DNA of 64,000 bases from an uncultured Candidatus Entotheonella sp. (GTDB lineage: Bacteria; Tectomicrobia; Entotheonellia; Entotheonellales; Entotheonellaceae): positions 2,944,001-3,008,000 of the forward strand of contig OZ244252.1 in assembly GCA_965217185.1 (NCBI GenBank). Direction: 5' to 3'. Made by a program: the position numbers and the translations under genes. Shown here in pieces: positions 41,558 to 51,906 of this stretch (position 1 is the stretch's first letter; the number at the start of each line of letters is the position of its first letter). The notes beneath the pieces were generated by a model. The model did not search any database, had not been told where the DNA came from, and was given only the letters and a program-made list of their open reading frames with translations.

Positions 41558-41636
41558 GAGAATGATGGATGGGTGAGGCGGCCGGAACGGCCGCCAACCG
41601 GAGGGATAGAGCAAGCAGCACGACCCCGCAGGGCGC

Positions 41637-42116
41637 TTATCTTTTAAACCGCTCCTCTTTGGGTTTGCGGAACGGCTTGTGGCAATCGCCACAGGCTTTG
41701 CCGAGGTTCTTCACCTGCGCGCCAATGGCCGCCATGTCGCCGGCGGAGGCGATGTCGGCCAGCTTGGCGCTTTCTTCCTGGAGCGTCTCTGCCGCGGCCA
41801 CGAACTTGTCCCAATCCTGCCAGACATCGGGCTTGGCATCGGTACGCCCCTCGGTGATCTCTTTTTCAAATGCGTCCTTAATCAGCGTGCTCATGCGCGA
41901 GATGTCGCTGGCATGCGTCTCGATATGGCCCGCAAAAGGCAGCTTGTGCTTCAAAATGTCGCCAATCGCCCCCATGCTGGCCCCGATGGAATGCATCACC
42001 TTCTGCCGATAACCCAAGTAATGCTCATCGTCTTGCGCCTGTGCGCCGGTCAGCATGAGAACCAACCCAAGTATGCCAATCAACAGCGCCATCAGTGTAA
42101 GTTGCCTGCGTCTCAT
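41637..42116 (-). CDS. Cytochrome c'/c556 (class II four-helix bundle)
   Basis: Signal peptide; YRQKVM, AKPDVWQDWDKF, C-terminal CGDCHKPFR. Confidence 0.9.
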   Translation of the reverse strand: MRRRQLTLMALLIGILGLVLMLTGAQAQDDEHYLGYRQKVMHSIGASMGAIGDILKHKLPFAGHIETHASDISRMSTLIKDAFEKEITEGRTDAKPDVWQDWDKFVAAAETLQEESAKLADIASAGDMAAIGAQVKNLGKACGDCHKPFRKPKEERFKR

Positions 42117-42476
42117 AGAATTCCTCCCCCGTGATGCGATGGACGTACTAGCCGTGTTCGGTTGAACATTCCCCACCCAGGACACCGTGCTGCTCTGCGG
42201 CGGAAAGTAGCACCCCCGGCTTTTTCATGTCAAGCTATGACAAGATGATCGGGCAAGCCGAAGTGGTGTGGCAATGCAAGCATCAAAATGTTGCCCGAAG
42301 ACGCGTTTATGCCCTTTCTAAGTGGTTATTAGCCGCCGGACGTCGATGCAGGGCCTTTACAAGCGTGATATACTACTCGGCCATTGTGGTTGGCAATCTG
42401 TAGCAGCCAAAACCGCGACCCCCACAGAACCAAGACTTGTGACCTATCACTTTCCTGATAGGAGGCAGCAGAGCAT

Positions 42477-43211
42477 ATGGCTTCATACTTTGGTGCCGGC
42501 TTGCAGAACATCATCCCGATGCTCGCAGGTCTCGGTACGATTGTGCAGCTCCTTGTTCTGGGTTCCCTTGTTCTCGCCTCTGTCGTCTGCTGGGCTATCA
42601 TCCTCAACAAATCGCGTCAATTCCGCCGTGTGCAGCGGTATGACCGGCGTTTTCGGCGTGCCTTCCAGTCGGCGCAGGATTTTGCCTTCCTGGCAGCCGC
42701 GGCGCGGCGCTTCTCGCAGTCGCCGATGGCAAGGCTATTGCGTACCGCGCATCGGTATGCCGAGGTATCGAGCAACGGCAGCGCGCCCGGCCTCTCTGGA
42801 AGGGGCTTGGACCGCTTGCGCCAAACGCTCGACGCACGGTTGGCGGTCGAAACGGGAGAGCTTGAGGTCGGCCTGCCCTTTCTGGCCACAACCGCCAGCG
42901 TCACGCCTTTCATCGGTCTCCTAGGCACCGTATGGGGCATTATCCAGTCGTTTCACGCCGTGGGTCAGGGAGGCAGCGCCTCGCTGGTCGTGGTGGGGCC
43001 TGGCATTTCCGAGGCGCTGGTGGCAACCGCCGCCGGCTTGGCGGCGGCCATCCCCGCCGTTATCGCATACAACTATTTTCTCAACCGTCTACACCGGATG
43101 GAAAGCGACATGCAGGGCTTCATCGAGGAACTCCTGCAGATGTTCGAGGCGGTGCCAATGGCAGAATCCGAGATGCCGACGGACGGCAGCCATGTGCCGT
43201 TGCAGCATTGA
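42477..43211 (+). CDS. tolQ: TolQ
   Basis: FLATTASVTPFIGLLGTVWGI, GISEALVATAAGLAAAIPAVIAYN. Confidence 0.93.
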   Translation: MASYFGAGLQNIIPMLAGLGTIVQLLVLGSLVLASVVCWAIILNKSRQFRRVQRYDRRFRRAFQSAQDFAFLAAAARRFSQSPMARLLRTAHRYAEVSSNGSAPGLSGRGLDRLRQTLDARLAVETGELEVGLPFLATTASVTPFIGLLGTVWGIIQSFHAVGQGGSASLVVVGPGISEALVATAAGLAAAIPAVIAYNYFLNRLHRMESDMQGFIEELLQMFEAVPMAESEMPTDGSHVPLQH

Positions 43212-43226
43212 TGAAGGATACCCACC

Positions 43227-43646
43227 ATGGTAAGCAGTCAATCATCACGTCGCGCGGCCCTTGCCGAAATCAATGTGACGCCGTTGGTTGACGTCATGCT
43301 GGTGCTGTTGATCATTTTCATGATCACGGCACCCATGCTGCAGCACGAGGTGGAAGTCAACCTGCCGGAAGTCACCAACAAGCCCCACAACACGCAGTCG
43401 GAGGAGCAGTTCGTCCTCACCGTCACCAAGGAAGGAAGCGTTTTTCTCAACCGCACGGCCTATACCCTGGAGGCGTTGCGTCCACACCTACAGGTGCTGT
43501 CGCAGGCGCAGCCCGACCAGGAAATGTTTCTGCGCGCCGATGCCGAGGTGCCGTATGGCAGAGTCGTCCAGGTCATGGACGCTGTCAAAAAAGCCGGCAT
43601 TCTCAGGCTGGGGATGATTACACAACCTGAGCCGGATACACGATGA
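43227..43646 (+). CDS. tolR: TolR
   Basis: AEINVTPLVDVMLVLLIIFMITAP, LRADAEVPYG. Confidence 0.93.
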   Translation: MVSSQSSRRAALAEINVTPLVDVMLVLLIIFMITAPMLQHEVEVNLPEVTNKPHNTQSEEQFVLTVTKEGSVFLNRTAYTLEALRPHLQVLSQAQPDQEMFLRADAEVPYGRVVQVMDAVKKAGILRLGMITQPEPDTR

Positions 43647-44647
43647 AAGCCGTCAAAGTCTCACATCAAATGGGTCATGCCAGGCAGACGCTGTTTGCCA
43701 CCTCCTTTGGCGTTTCTGTGTTGATCCACGGCCTGATGATTGGCTGGATGCTCAGCGGCAGTGGCTCAGCCCGCTCGCTGCTGTCGGGTGTGCCATCGTT
43801 TCATACGGTCTCCCTGGTTGATGCCCCTGGCTCTATTTTGCCTCTTGAGCCGGAATCGCAGCCGCAAGCCATTGCCGAGCCGGCGGCCATTCCCGAGGCC
43901 ATGAGCGACGCGACGGTGCAAAACGTTGAGCCGGAAACCGTGGTTCCACCTCCACAGGCCAAACAGGCAACGGAAATCCCCGAGGCGTCCGTCGAGCCGC
44001 CGGCACCGGCGGCTAAGCCCAAGCCAGTTGAAGAGCCCAAGAAGCCGTCGGTAGTCGAAACCCGGGACAAGAAGCCCGCACCGGCCAAAGCATCCGTCAA
44101 AAAGCCAGCACCAACCCAGACGTCCGCTAGAAAGCCAGCGCCGGCGGCGCCCAAGGTTGCTGCTGCGCAACCCAAGGCAGCACCGGCACCCAAAACCACC
44201 GCAAAGCCTAGATCGCCAGCCAGTCGGAACTCACCGCAGGCAGTGGCGCGCGCCCAACAGGCGATCGCCAACATGCGACGCGCCCAGGCTCGCGTTCAAG
44301 GGACAACCGCAAACCAAGCTCCCGGCAGTATCGCCGCCCGAATGAGTGACATACGCAAACAGGCTTACGTAGAACGCGTGCGGGCGCGTATCATCAATGC
44401 TTGGCATTTGCCGATGCCGAGTAAGATGGCGCAGGGACTCCAGGCCCGTGTGTTGCTGACCATTGACCGTGAGGGCCAAGTGATTCGGTACCAGTTGATC
44501 GGGCCATCCGGCAGCCAGACGTTCGATACCTCTCTGCAGCGGGCCGTACAGGCTTCGTTGCCTCTGCCGCCATTACCGGAGGATATTGGGGAAGATAGCC
44601 CTGTACAGGAATTTGAGTTCCGCTTTACACCCCGAGCATCGTCGTGA
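43643..44647 (+). CDS. tolA: TolA/TonB-family energy transducer
   Basis: N-terminal TM SVLIH; Pro/Ala/Lys-rich linker; C-terminal TonB_2-like domain; located between tolR and tolB. Confidence 0.85.
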   Translation: MKAVKVSHQMGHARQTLFATSFGVSVLIHGLMIGWMLSGSGSARSLLSGVPSFHTVSLVDAPGSILPLEPESQPQAIAEPAAIPEAMSDATVQNVEPETVVPPPQAKQATEIPEASVEPPAPAAKPKPVEEPKKPSVVETRDKKPAPAKASVKKPAPTQTSARKPAPAAPKVAAAQPKAAPAPKTTAKPRSPASRNSPQAVARAQQAIANMRRAQARVQGTTANQAPGSIAARMSDIRKQAYVERVRARIINAWHLPMPSKMAQGLQARVLLTIDREGQVIRYQLIGPSGSQTFDTSLQRAVQASLPLPPLPEDIGEDSPVQEFEFRFTPRASS

Positions 44648-45975
44648 GGACAAGCATGCGAATCGTTTCTCGCAAATGCGCCATTCTGGCCTTAGTGTTC
44701 GTGTTGTGCTGGATTGTTTACCCGGCGTCACAGGAGCGGATCATCATCGACATCGATCAAGTCGGCGGCTACCTCCTCCCCATTGCGCTTCCGAAACTCA
44801 AGGGGGAAACGGTAGACCCGGTGCTGGGACAGCAAATCCGTACCGTGATGCAGCGTAACCTCGAACGTACCGGGCTGTTCCGCATCATCGAGTCAAACGG
44901 CAATAGCGTCCAGACGATCCAAACGTTGCCTTATGGCGACTGGTCGAGAATGGGAGTTGCCGGCGTCATCGCCGGCCAACTCGACGTGTCCAACGGCCGG
45001 GCGCCACTTACCTTGCAACTCACGGTCCACGACGTCGCCCAGCAATTGATGCTGTCTGGCAAGGTCTACCAAGGGTCCCTCGAAGGGCATCGGCGTATGG
45101 CACACCGCTTCAGCGACCATGTGCTGGAGAAATTCACCGGTGAACAGGGCCCATTCGACACCCAGGTCATGTGTGCCAGCCCCGTGCCGGATAGCAAGGC
45201 GAGGGATATCGTACGCATGGATTATGACGGCCACGGCGTGCGGCGCCTCGTCGCCAACGGCGCCTTGAATCTGGCCCCTGTGCTGTCGCCCGATGGCAGC
45301 GTTTTGGCGTACACTTCGTACCGCGCCGGCTCGCCGGACATTTACTTGCTGAACCTGCACGACGGCCAGGAGGAACGTCTGACGAGCGAGCCGGGCCTGG
45401 CCCTGGCGGGTTCTTGGTCGCCCGACGGGCGCTATCTGGCCTTGAGCCGGACGGTCGACGGCAACAACGACATCTTCCTCTATGATACCCGGCGTCGGCG
45501 TTTCAAGAGACTGACGAACGATCCGGGCATTGACGTGTCCCCCAGTTTCGCCCCGGACGGCCACCGTCTGGTCTTCACCTCGGACCGTGGCGGTTCGCCG
45601 CAACTTTATCTCACCAACGTGAAGGGAGGGAGGCCTGCTCGTCTGACATTTGAAGGGACCTACAATACCGCTCCGGCGTGGTCGCCGCGGGACGATACCA
45701 TCGCTTATGTAGGACGCAGCGAGGATCGCGCGATGGCCATTTACACGATCCATGCCGAAAGTCGCCAACGTCAGCGCCTGAGTTTCGGGCCCCGTCAGTA
45801 TGAGGCGCCGACTTGGGACCCGTACGGCCGTTTCTTGATGCACACCAGCAGGGTTGGAGACGCATGGCAACGCTACATGGTGCGCCAGGACGGACATGAT
45901 AAAATACTTCCTGTCGCCAATGGGCTTGCCTGTCTCTCACCCCAATGGGTAGCGCGCGCAAAACCATCGTCCTAA
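44644..45975 (+). CDS. tolB: TolB beta-propeller protein
   Basis: AHRFSD; repeated SPDG/WSP PD40 motifs; FTSDRGGSPQLY. Confidence 0.92.
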   Translation: MRTSMRIVSRKCAILALVFVLCWIVYPASQERIIIDIDQVGGYLLPIALPKLKGETVDPVLGQQIRTVMQRNLERTGLFRIIESNGNSVQTIQTLPYGDWSRMGVAGVIAGQLDVSNGRAPLTLQLTVHDVAQQLMLSGKVYQGSLEGHRRMAHRFSDHVLEKFTGEQGPFDTQVMCASPVPDSKARDIVRMDYDGHGVRRLVANGALNLAPVLSPDGSVLAYTSYRAGSPDIYLLNLHDGQEERLTSEPGLALAGSWSPDGRYLALSRTVDGNNDIFLYDTRRRRFKRLTNDPGIDVSPSFAPDGHRLVFTSDRGGSPQLYLTNVKGGRPARLTFEGTYNTAPAWSPRDDTIAYVGRSEDRAMAIYTIHAESRQRQRLSFGPRQYEAPTWDPYGRFLMHTSRVGDAWQRYMVRQDGHDKILPVANGLACLSPQWVARAKPSS

Positions 45976-45997
45976 ACCGTATAGGAGAATCAGCGTC

Positions 45998-46615
45998 ATG
46001 GTCTTTCAACTATTGCGAATCACGGTAATTGTTTTCCTGTCAACGATCCTTTTGGCAGGCTGTGGGCGTAAAGCCGGTTCGGTGGCGCCGGAACCCGCCG
46101 CCGATATGGCAACCTCGTCCGAGGAGGCTGACGCCGAGGCAGGCATGCCAGACGGAATGGGCGATGAAGGGGCGATGTCGGAAGCCGACATTCTGGTTGA
46201 GCGCGCCATGGTGGCCGAGCAGCAGGCCCTTCAGGCAGAAGCCATGCGCCAAGCCGAAATGGCCGAAATGGCTCAGGCGGGTTTCGTAAACGAGGACATC
46301 CACTTCGCTTTCGACAGCTTTCTGCTCGACCCTGATGCCGAGCGCATCCTTGGGGAAAAAACCGCATGGCTACAAGACAATGCCAATGTCGGCGTGCAGA
46401 TCGAAGGGCACTGCGACGAGCGCGGCACCAGTGACTACAACCTTGCCCTCGGCGAACGCCGGGCCAACGCTGTGCAGCAGTATCTGACGGTGCTGGGCAT
46501 TGACTCCGGCCGTCTCTCGACCATCAGTTATGGCGAGGAGCAGCCTCTGGATCCCGGCCATGACGAGGTGGCGTGGAGCCGTAACCGGCGGGCTCGCTTC
46601 GTCATTATTCAATAA
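45998..46615 (+). CDS. pal: Peptidoglycan-associated lipoprotein Pal
   Basis: Lipobox LAGC; IEGHCDERGTSDYNLALGERRA, NRR. Confidence 0.95.
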   Translation: MVFQLLRITVIVFLSTILLAGCGRKAGSVAPEPAADMATSSEEADAEAGMPDGMGDEGAMSEADILVERAMVAEQQALQAEAMRQAEMAEMAQAGFVNEDIHFAFDSFLLDPDAERILGEKTAWLQDNANVGVQIEGHCDERGTSDYNLALGERRANAVQQYLTVLGIDSGRLSTISYGEEQPLDPGHDEVAWSRNRRARFVIIQ

Positions 46616-46633
46616 ATAGAAAGAGGTGTGCGT

Positions 46634-47608
46634 ATGCGACGGTTTGTCTTATTTGCCAACCTTCTCATGGCTGGTTTCCTGTCCGGCTGCACGAGTGAAG
46701 TGGACATGGCCAATATGCGCGACAACACGTTGCACAGCACGCAAATTCGGTCCGATCAGGTCACGACGATACAGGAGCGTGTGGCACGGTTGGAGGCGTC
46801 CGAAGAGGGGAGGCAGCGTAGCCTGATCCGTATGACTGCCGCCTTGGATGAACTGCGTCTCGAGCAGCGGAAATTACGCGGCGAACTCGAGGAAGCACAG
46901 TACCACCAAGAACAGGTCGGCACCGATCTGGATTACAGGCTGACTGCCCTGGATCAGCGTTTGCGCATCTTGGAGACTCGCCCCGGAGTAGGCGGCATCG
47001 CCCCAGGCCAACTTGGCCCTGGCAGCGAGCCTCCTCCTCTCAATCAAGGATTAGAGATTGAGCCGCCTGTGGAACCCGTCGCGGAGCCGACTCTGCCGGC
47101 ACCTGAGTCGGAACCCGTTGCGGTAGAACCGCCGGCAACACCGGAGCCAGAAGTCGTGGCGGTAGAGCCGCCCCCAACACCAGAACCGGAGCCTGTCGTA
47201 GAGCCGCCGGCCTTACCACCGGAAGAAGATCCCGAAGCCATACGGCTGCTCCAACGCGCCCGCGAGGATTACCAACAGGGCAACTACGAGGTGGCGATCA
47301 TTCTCTTCAAGCAGTACTTGCGGCAGTATCCGCAGTCCGCTCAAGCGGGGGACGCCCAGTACTGGGTCGGCGAATCGCTTTACGCGCAGAAGGAATATAA
47401 CGCCGCCATCGTCGCCTTCGACGAGGTGATACAGCAGTACCCACAGAACGAAATGGTTGCGGCGGCAACGCTGAAGGTCGGCTTATCGTTCGCCAACCTT
47501 GACGACAAGCCGAACGCGCGGTTCTTTCTGCAGCAGGTACAGGAAAAATTTGCCAACAGCGCCGAAGCGCAACTGGCCACCGAGAAATTAAAGCAATTGC
47601 GACGTTAA
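46634..47608 (+). CDS. cpoB: CpoB/YbgF tol-pal TPR protein
   Basis: Lipobox LSGC; coiled coil; Pro/Glu-rich linker; TPR with AQYWVGES; follows pal. Confidence 0.88.
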   Translation: MRRFVLFANLLMAGFLSGCTSEVDMANMRDNTLHSTQIRSDQVTTIQERVARLEASEEGRQRSLIRMTAALDELRLEQRKLRGELEEAQYHQEQVGTDLDYRLTALDQRLRILETRPGVGGIAPGQLGPGSEPPPLNQGLEIEPPVEPVAEPTLPAPESEPVAVEPPATPEPEVVAVEPPPTPEPEPVVEPPALPPEEDPEAIRLLQRAREDYQQGNYEVAIILFKQYLRQYPQSAQAGDAQYWVGESLYAQKEYNAAIVAFDEVIQQYPQNEMVAAATLKVGLSFANLDDKPNARFFLQQVQEKFANSAEAQLATEKLKQLRR

Positions 47609-47627
47609 CGGCGTGAGGAGAGCACTG

Positions 47628-48383
47628 ATGGGACGACTCGACGGGAAGGTGGCGTTGATCAGCGGCGGCGCGCGCGGCCAAGGCGCCACCGAGGGGCGGA
47701 TGATGGCACAGGAGGGCGCCAAGGTGGTCCTGGGCGACATCCTGGACGAGCAGGGCCGTGCGGTCGAAGCGGAAATCCGTGCTGCCGGCGGTGCGGCGAC
47801 CTATGTGCATCTGAACGTCACCAGCGAGTCGGATTGGCAGTCAGCGATGCAAATAGCCGAAAGCACGTATGGCGGCTTGCACGTGCTGGTAAACAACGCC
47901 GGGATTTTAATCCGCGCCACGATCGAGGAGACCACGGAGGACGATTTCGACCGCATCATGGCCGTCAACGTCAAGGGGGTATTTTTCGGCACCAAGCACG
48001 CCATCCCGGCCATGCGCCGCGCCGGCGGCGGCTCGATCGTCAATATCTCGTCGACGGCTGGGCTCGTCGGGAGCCCCGGAGAGACGGCGGCATACTCTGC
48101 CACCAAGGGAAGCGTGCGCCTGTTTACCAAGTCCACCGCCATTCAACACGCCAGCGACAACATTCGTTGCAATTCCGTGCATCCCGGTCCGATCGCTACC
48201 GACATGATCAAGGACATGCTCGAAGACCCGGAGCAGTGGGAGCAGCGGATGCGGCGCCTGCCCCTCAAGCGCCCCGGCAGGCCGGAGGACATCGCTTACG
48301 GCGTTATCTATCTGGCCTCGGATGAATCATCTTACGTTACTGGCGCCGAGTTGGTGATCGATGGCGGCACCACCGCCGAATAG
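47628..48383 (+). CDS. Short-chain dehydrogenase (3-alpha,20-beta-HSD-like)
   Basis: SGGARGQG, NNAG, YSATKG, NSVHPG. Confidence 0.93.
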   Translation: MGRLDGKVALISGGARGQGATEGRMMAQEGAKVVLGDILDEQGRAVEAEIRAAGGAATYVHLNVTSESDWQSAMQIAESTYGGLHVLVNNAGILIRATIEETTEDDFDRIMAVNVKGVFFGTKHAIPAMRRAGGGSIVNISSTAGLVGSPGETAAYSATKGSVRLFTKSTAIQHASDNIRCNSVHPGPIATDMIKDMLEDPEQWEQRMRRLPLKRPGRPEDIAYGVIYLASDESSYVTGAELVIDGGTTAE

Positions 48384-48400
48384 CGGCTCGCCAAACTTCT

Positions 48401-48982
48401 CTACTTTTCCAATTGCTGCAGGAATGTTGCCAAACGAGCGCCAAGTCTGGTAACACGGGCCTGCATTCCCTCGTCCTGAATACTCCCATCCGGCTGAAAG
48501 GCCCGCATCGCCTGAGAAATCGTGACCTGTTCGGGCAATACCAATACACCGATATTCCCCAAGATCGTGCGCACATGTGTCAGCGATCGCACGCCGCCGA
48601 ACCCCCCTGCCGCAGCACTCATCAGCACCACCACCTTGCCCTGAAACGCCACCAGTCGCGGCTCATCGGGGACTGGGCGCGACACCCAATCAATGGTGTT
48701 CTTCAGCACCGCGCTGATAGAGCTGTTGTATTCGGGCGCCGCGATCAGGAAGCCGTCATGCGCTATCATCAGCCGTTTAAACGCCTGCGCCGCCGCGGGC
48801 AGCCCCTCCGCCGCCTCCAAGTCGCCGTCGTACAACGGCATCGCATAGTCCCGGAGGTCCACCAGGGTCACTTCCACCCCGGCACCGCGCGCCCCATCCG
48901 CGGCGATGCGGACCATCTTCTTGTTGAATGAATCCGCACGCGTGCTGCCGGCAAACGCGAGAATGCTTGGTTGATCTGCCAT
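48401..48982 (-). CDS. NADPH-dependent FMN reductase (ChrR-like)
   Basis: GSTRADSFN, PEYNSSISAVLKNTIDW. Confidence 0.93.
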   Translation of the reverse strand: MADQPSILAFAGSTRADSFNKKMVRIAADGARGAGVEVTLVDLRDYAMPLYDGDLEAAEGLPAAAQAFKRLMIAHDGFLIAAPEYNSSISAVLKNTIDWVSRPVPDEPRLVAFQGKVVVLMSAAAGGFGGVRSLTHVRTILGNIGVLVLPEQVTISQAMRAFQPDGSIQDEGMQARVTRLGARLATFLQQLEK

Positions 48983-49235
48983 TTCTTTCCTTTCTGCTGC
49001 TCCGTGTGCAAGGTCGCTTTACCGTTCTCCGAGCTTCCATATTATGATGGCGGCGGCATTCTAACATATCGTTTCGATCCCTCTCCGGTTTCGTCTTTGC
49101 CATCTGCTTGTTCTTGACAGCATGGAAAATAGCAGTAGGCTAGGCGCCTTCCACCTCACCGAGCGGTACTGAAGGTGGGGAGTTGGGATATGGAGTTCAG
49201 GTGCATCTGAGCTTCTTAACTTTGAGGAGAGAGAC

Positions 49236-51020
49236 ATGGATGAGCGGAAACGTTTAAGGTCTCTGATCGCATTGCTGATGGCCGCCTTGTTCGTCATCTG
49301 GGGAGGAACCGCCATGGCGGCTTCCCACGAGGAGGGAGAGGACGCATCGCGTTTCTCATCTGAAGAGATCGAAGGCGAGGAGGAAGGAGCGCGTATCGAA
49401 ATCCTGGAGGGATACGTCTCGCCAGGCATTATTACCGATTCCATGTTGATGAACGCCGGCAAGGATCCGAACAACTGGATTTTGTACGGCAAGGACTATT
49501 CCCACACCCGCTACAGCCAACTCGATGAGATCAACACCGAGACGGTCCGGAACCTCGTGCCCAAATGGGTGCTGTCGTTTGGCTCGCTGGACAGCCAGGG
49601 CAGCCAGACGATTGCCTTCAATGGCAACCTGTTTGTCAGTTCGTCGCACAACCGCTTTTTCCGCGTCGACGCGCGGACGGGCCGCACCGTGTGGCGCTAC
49701 GACCACCCACTGCCGGGCGACGTCGCCCCGCACCTGTGCTGCGACGTGATCAACCGCGGCCCGGCGCTCTACGGCGACAAAGCCTACGTGGCGACCCTGG
49801 ACGGCCATCTGGTATCGCTGGATACCGCAAGCGGCCAGGTCGTCTGGGATCATACGGTGGCGGATTACAAGAGCTCCTACAGCTTCACCCTGATGCCGCT
49901 GGCGCTGGACGGCAAGATCATCATCGGCACGTCGGGGGCGGAGTTCGGCATTCGCGGCTTCATTACCGCGCGTGATGCCGAGACCGGCGAAGAAGTGTGG
50001 AAGACGCACACCATTCCCGCTCCGGGCGAACCGGGCGGCGACACCTGGCCGGGGGATACCTGGAAGTACGGCGGCGGCTCGGCGTGGGTGACGGGCTCCT
50101 ACGACCCCGAGCTGAACAACCTCTACTGGGGCGTCGGACAGCCTGGCCCGTGGGATCGTCATGCCCACCCGGGCGACAACCTGTACACCAACTCCACCGT
50201 CGTCATGGATCCGGATTCCGGGGCCATCAAGTTCCACTTTCAATACACCCCGAATGATCCATATGACTACGACGGCGTGAACGAGAACATCCTGGCCGAC
50301 ATTGACGGCCAGAAAGTCTGGCTCCACGCGGACCGCAACGGGCACTTCTATTCCATCGACCGCACCAACGGCAGCTTCAACTACGCCGTGCCTCTGGGCA
50401 AGGTCACCTGGAACCGGGGCTTCGATCCCGAGACCGGTCGGCCGATCTTTGCCTATCCGGAGATGGACGTTGGCCATGACAAGGTGACCGAGGGTATCTA
50501 CCCTGCTCTATTCGGCGGCAAGGAGTGGAACCCCATGGCCTACAACCCGCATACCCAGATCGCCTACGTGCCCGCCTTCGGCGACCACAGCATGGACCTG
50601 CAGGCCAAGGTGGAGAGGTATACGCGCGGCGAGCTCTACCTCGGCATCAAGACCATGAAGTTCTACGGCGGTGGCGGCGAGTTGCGCGCCATCAACGCCA
50701 AGAACGGCGAGTTGGTCTGGGTGCATAACAACCCGATGCCGTTCCGCAGCAGTGTCATCGCCACCGCCGGAAACCTGGTGTTCGCCGGTGATACGGAGGG
50801 CTACATCAAGGCATTCAACGCCACCACCGGCGCGCAACTGTGGAGTTTCAACTGCGGCACCGCTGTCATGGGCGGCGTGAATACCTTCACGGTGGACGGC
50901 AAGCAGGTACTCGCCGTTGTCGCCGGCCAAGCCGGCACGGCTATCGAGACGGGCCTGGACCAGGACTGGCCCAAGAAACACCAGAAGGGCGGCTATCTGA
51001 TCGCCTTCGAACTGCACTAA
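49236..51020 (+). CDS. Periplasmic PQQ-dependent alcohol dehydrogenase, probably lanthanide-type
   Basis: Signal peptide; vicinal CCDVINRG; GAEFGIRG; TPNDPYDYDGVNE with the extra Asp; DRNG; Trp-docking repeats. Confidence 0.9.
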   Translation: MDERKRLRSLIALLMAALFVIWGGTAMAASHEEGEDASRFSSEEIEGEEEGARIEILEGYVSPGIITDSMLMNAGKDPNNWILYGKDYSHTRYSQLDEINTETVRNLVPKWVLSFGSLDSQGSQTIAFNGNLFVSSSHNRFFRVDARTGRTVWRYDHPLPGDVAPHLCCDVINRGPALYGDKAYVATLDGHLVSLDTASGQVVWDHTVADYKSSYSFTLMPLALDGKIIIGTSGAEFGIRGFITARDAETGEEVWKTHTIPAPGEPGGDTWPGDTWKYGGGSAWVTGSYDPELNNLYWGVGQPGPWDRHAHPGDNLYTNSTVVMDPDSGAIKFHFQYTPNDPYDYDGVNENILADIDGQKVWLHADRNGHFYSIDRTNGSFNYAVPLGKVTWNRGFDPETGRPIFAYPEMDVGHDKVTEGIYPALFGGKEWNPMAYNPHTQIAYVPAFGDHSMDLQAKVERYTRGELYLGIKTMKFYGGGGELRAINAKNGELVWVHNNPMPFRSSVIATAGNLVFAGDTEGYIKAFNATTGAQLWSFNCGTAVMGGVNTFTVDGKQVLAVVAGQAGTAIETGLDQDWPKKHQKGGYLIAFELH

Positions 51021-51038
51021 CCTTTTCCAACTGACCGA

Positions 51039-51085
51039 CTGAGGCTGCTGTGGATCGTCATGATCCGTAGCAGCCTCAGCTTTTT
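51039..51085 (+). terminator. Rho-independent terminator after the PQQ dehydrogenase
   Basis: CTGAGGCTGCTGTGGATC-loop-GATCCGTAGCAGCCTCAG followed by CTTTTT. Confidence 0.8.
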
Positions 51086-51114
51086 CAAAGCTTGCTCAGA
51101 CTGAGAGGAGAATC

Positions 51115-51870
51115 ATGGGCGTAGAGGGCAAGGTGTGCATCATCACCGGCGGAGGAAGCGGGATCGGCCGGGGCGCCGCTTTGATGATGGCGGAGCAGGG
51201 CGCCAAGATCGTTGCGGTGGGCCGCACGGCGTCAAAAATTGAAGCCGTACGGGATGAGATTACGTCGAGTGGAGGAGAGGCACTGGCTTTCGGCCTCGAC
51301 GTCGCCGATTATGATGCGGTTCGTGGCATGGTCAAGCAGGCGTTGGACGCCTTCGGACGTGTCGACGTCCTCATCAACAACGCCGGGCACAGCTCGCGCC
51401 ATCGCCGCATCCTGACAACGCCGCCGGACGAAATCCGCTCCGTCATCGACTCCAACCTGGTGGGGTCCATATACTGCACGCAGGCGGTGCTGCCGTCCAT
51501 GCTGGAAGCCAAGGATGGGCTGATCCTCAACGTCGCCTCCCTGGCCGGGGTGCATACCAGCTACCTAGGGGGCATGATCTATAGCGCCGTGAAGGCGGGC
51601 GTCATTCATTTCACCCGCTTCCTCAATTTCGAGCTGACCAATACGGGTGTGCGGGCGAGCGTGCTTATCCCGGGTGAAGTGGACACGCCGATCATGGAAA
51701 AGCGGCCCGTGCCGCCGACCGCGGACGACCGCACGACCATGATCGGTATTGACGAGTGCGCTGAAGCCTTGACGATGATCGCCGGGTTGCCCAAACGGTC
51801 TTCCATATCCGAACTGATCATCCAGCCCACCATGATACGAAACGCCACCGAGGTCGCCGATTTTCCGTAG
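51115..51870 (+). CDS. Short-chain dehydrogenase/reductase
   Basis: TGGGSGIG, NNAG, YSAVK, PGEVDT. Confidence 0.92.
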   Translation: MGVEGKVCIITGGGSGIGRGAALMMAEQGAKIVAVGRTASKIEAVRDEITSSGGEALAFGLDVADYDAVRGMVKQALDAFGRVDVLINNAGHSSRHRRILTTPPDEIRSVIDSNLVGSIYCTQAVLPSMLEAKDGLILNVASLAGVHTSYLGGMIYSAVKAGVIHFTRFLNFELTNTGVRASVLIPGEVDTPIMEKRPVPPTADDRTTMIGIDECAEALTMIAGLPKRSSISELIIQPTMIRNATEVADFP

Positions 51871-51906
51871 GCCAGCCGCCTCCCGGTTGACCCACCGGAT
51901 TGATTC

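Noticed and set aside
47060..47235. Short tandem-like repeats in cpoB (VAVEPP.TPEPE) and PAPAK repeats in tolA
   Set aside because: Ordinary low-complexity Pro-rich periplasmic linkers
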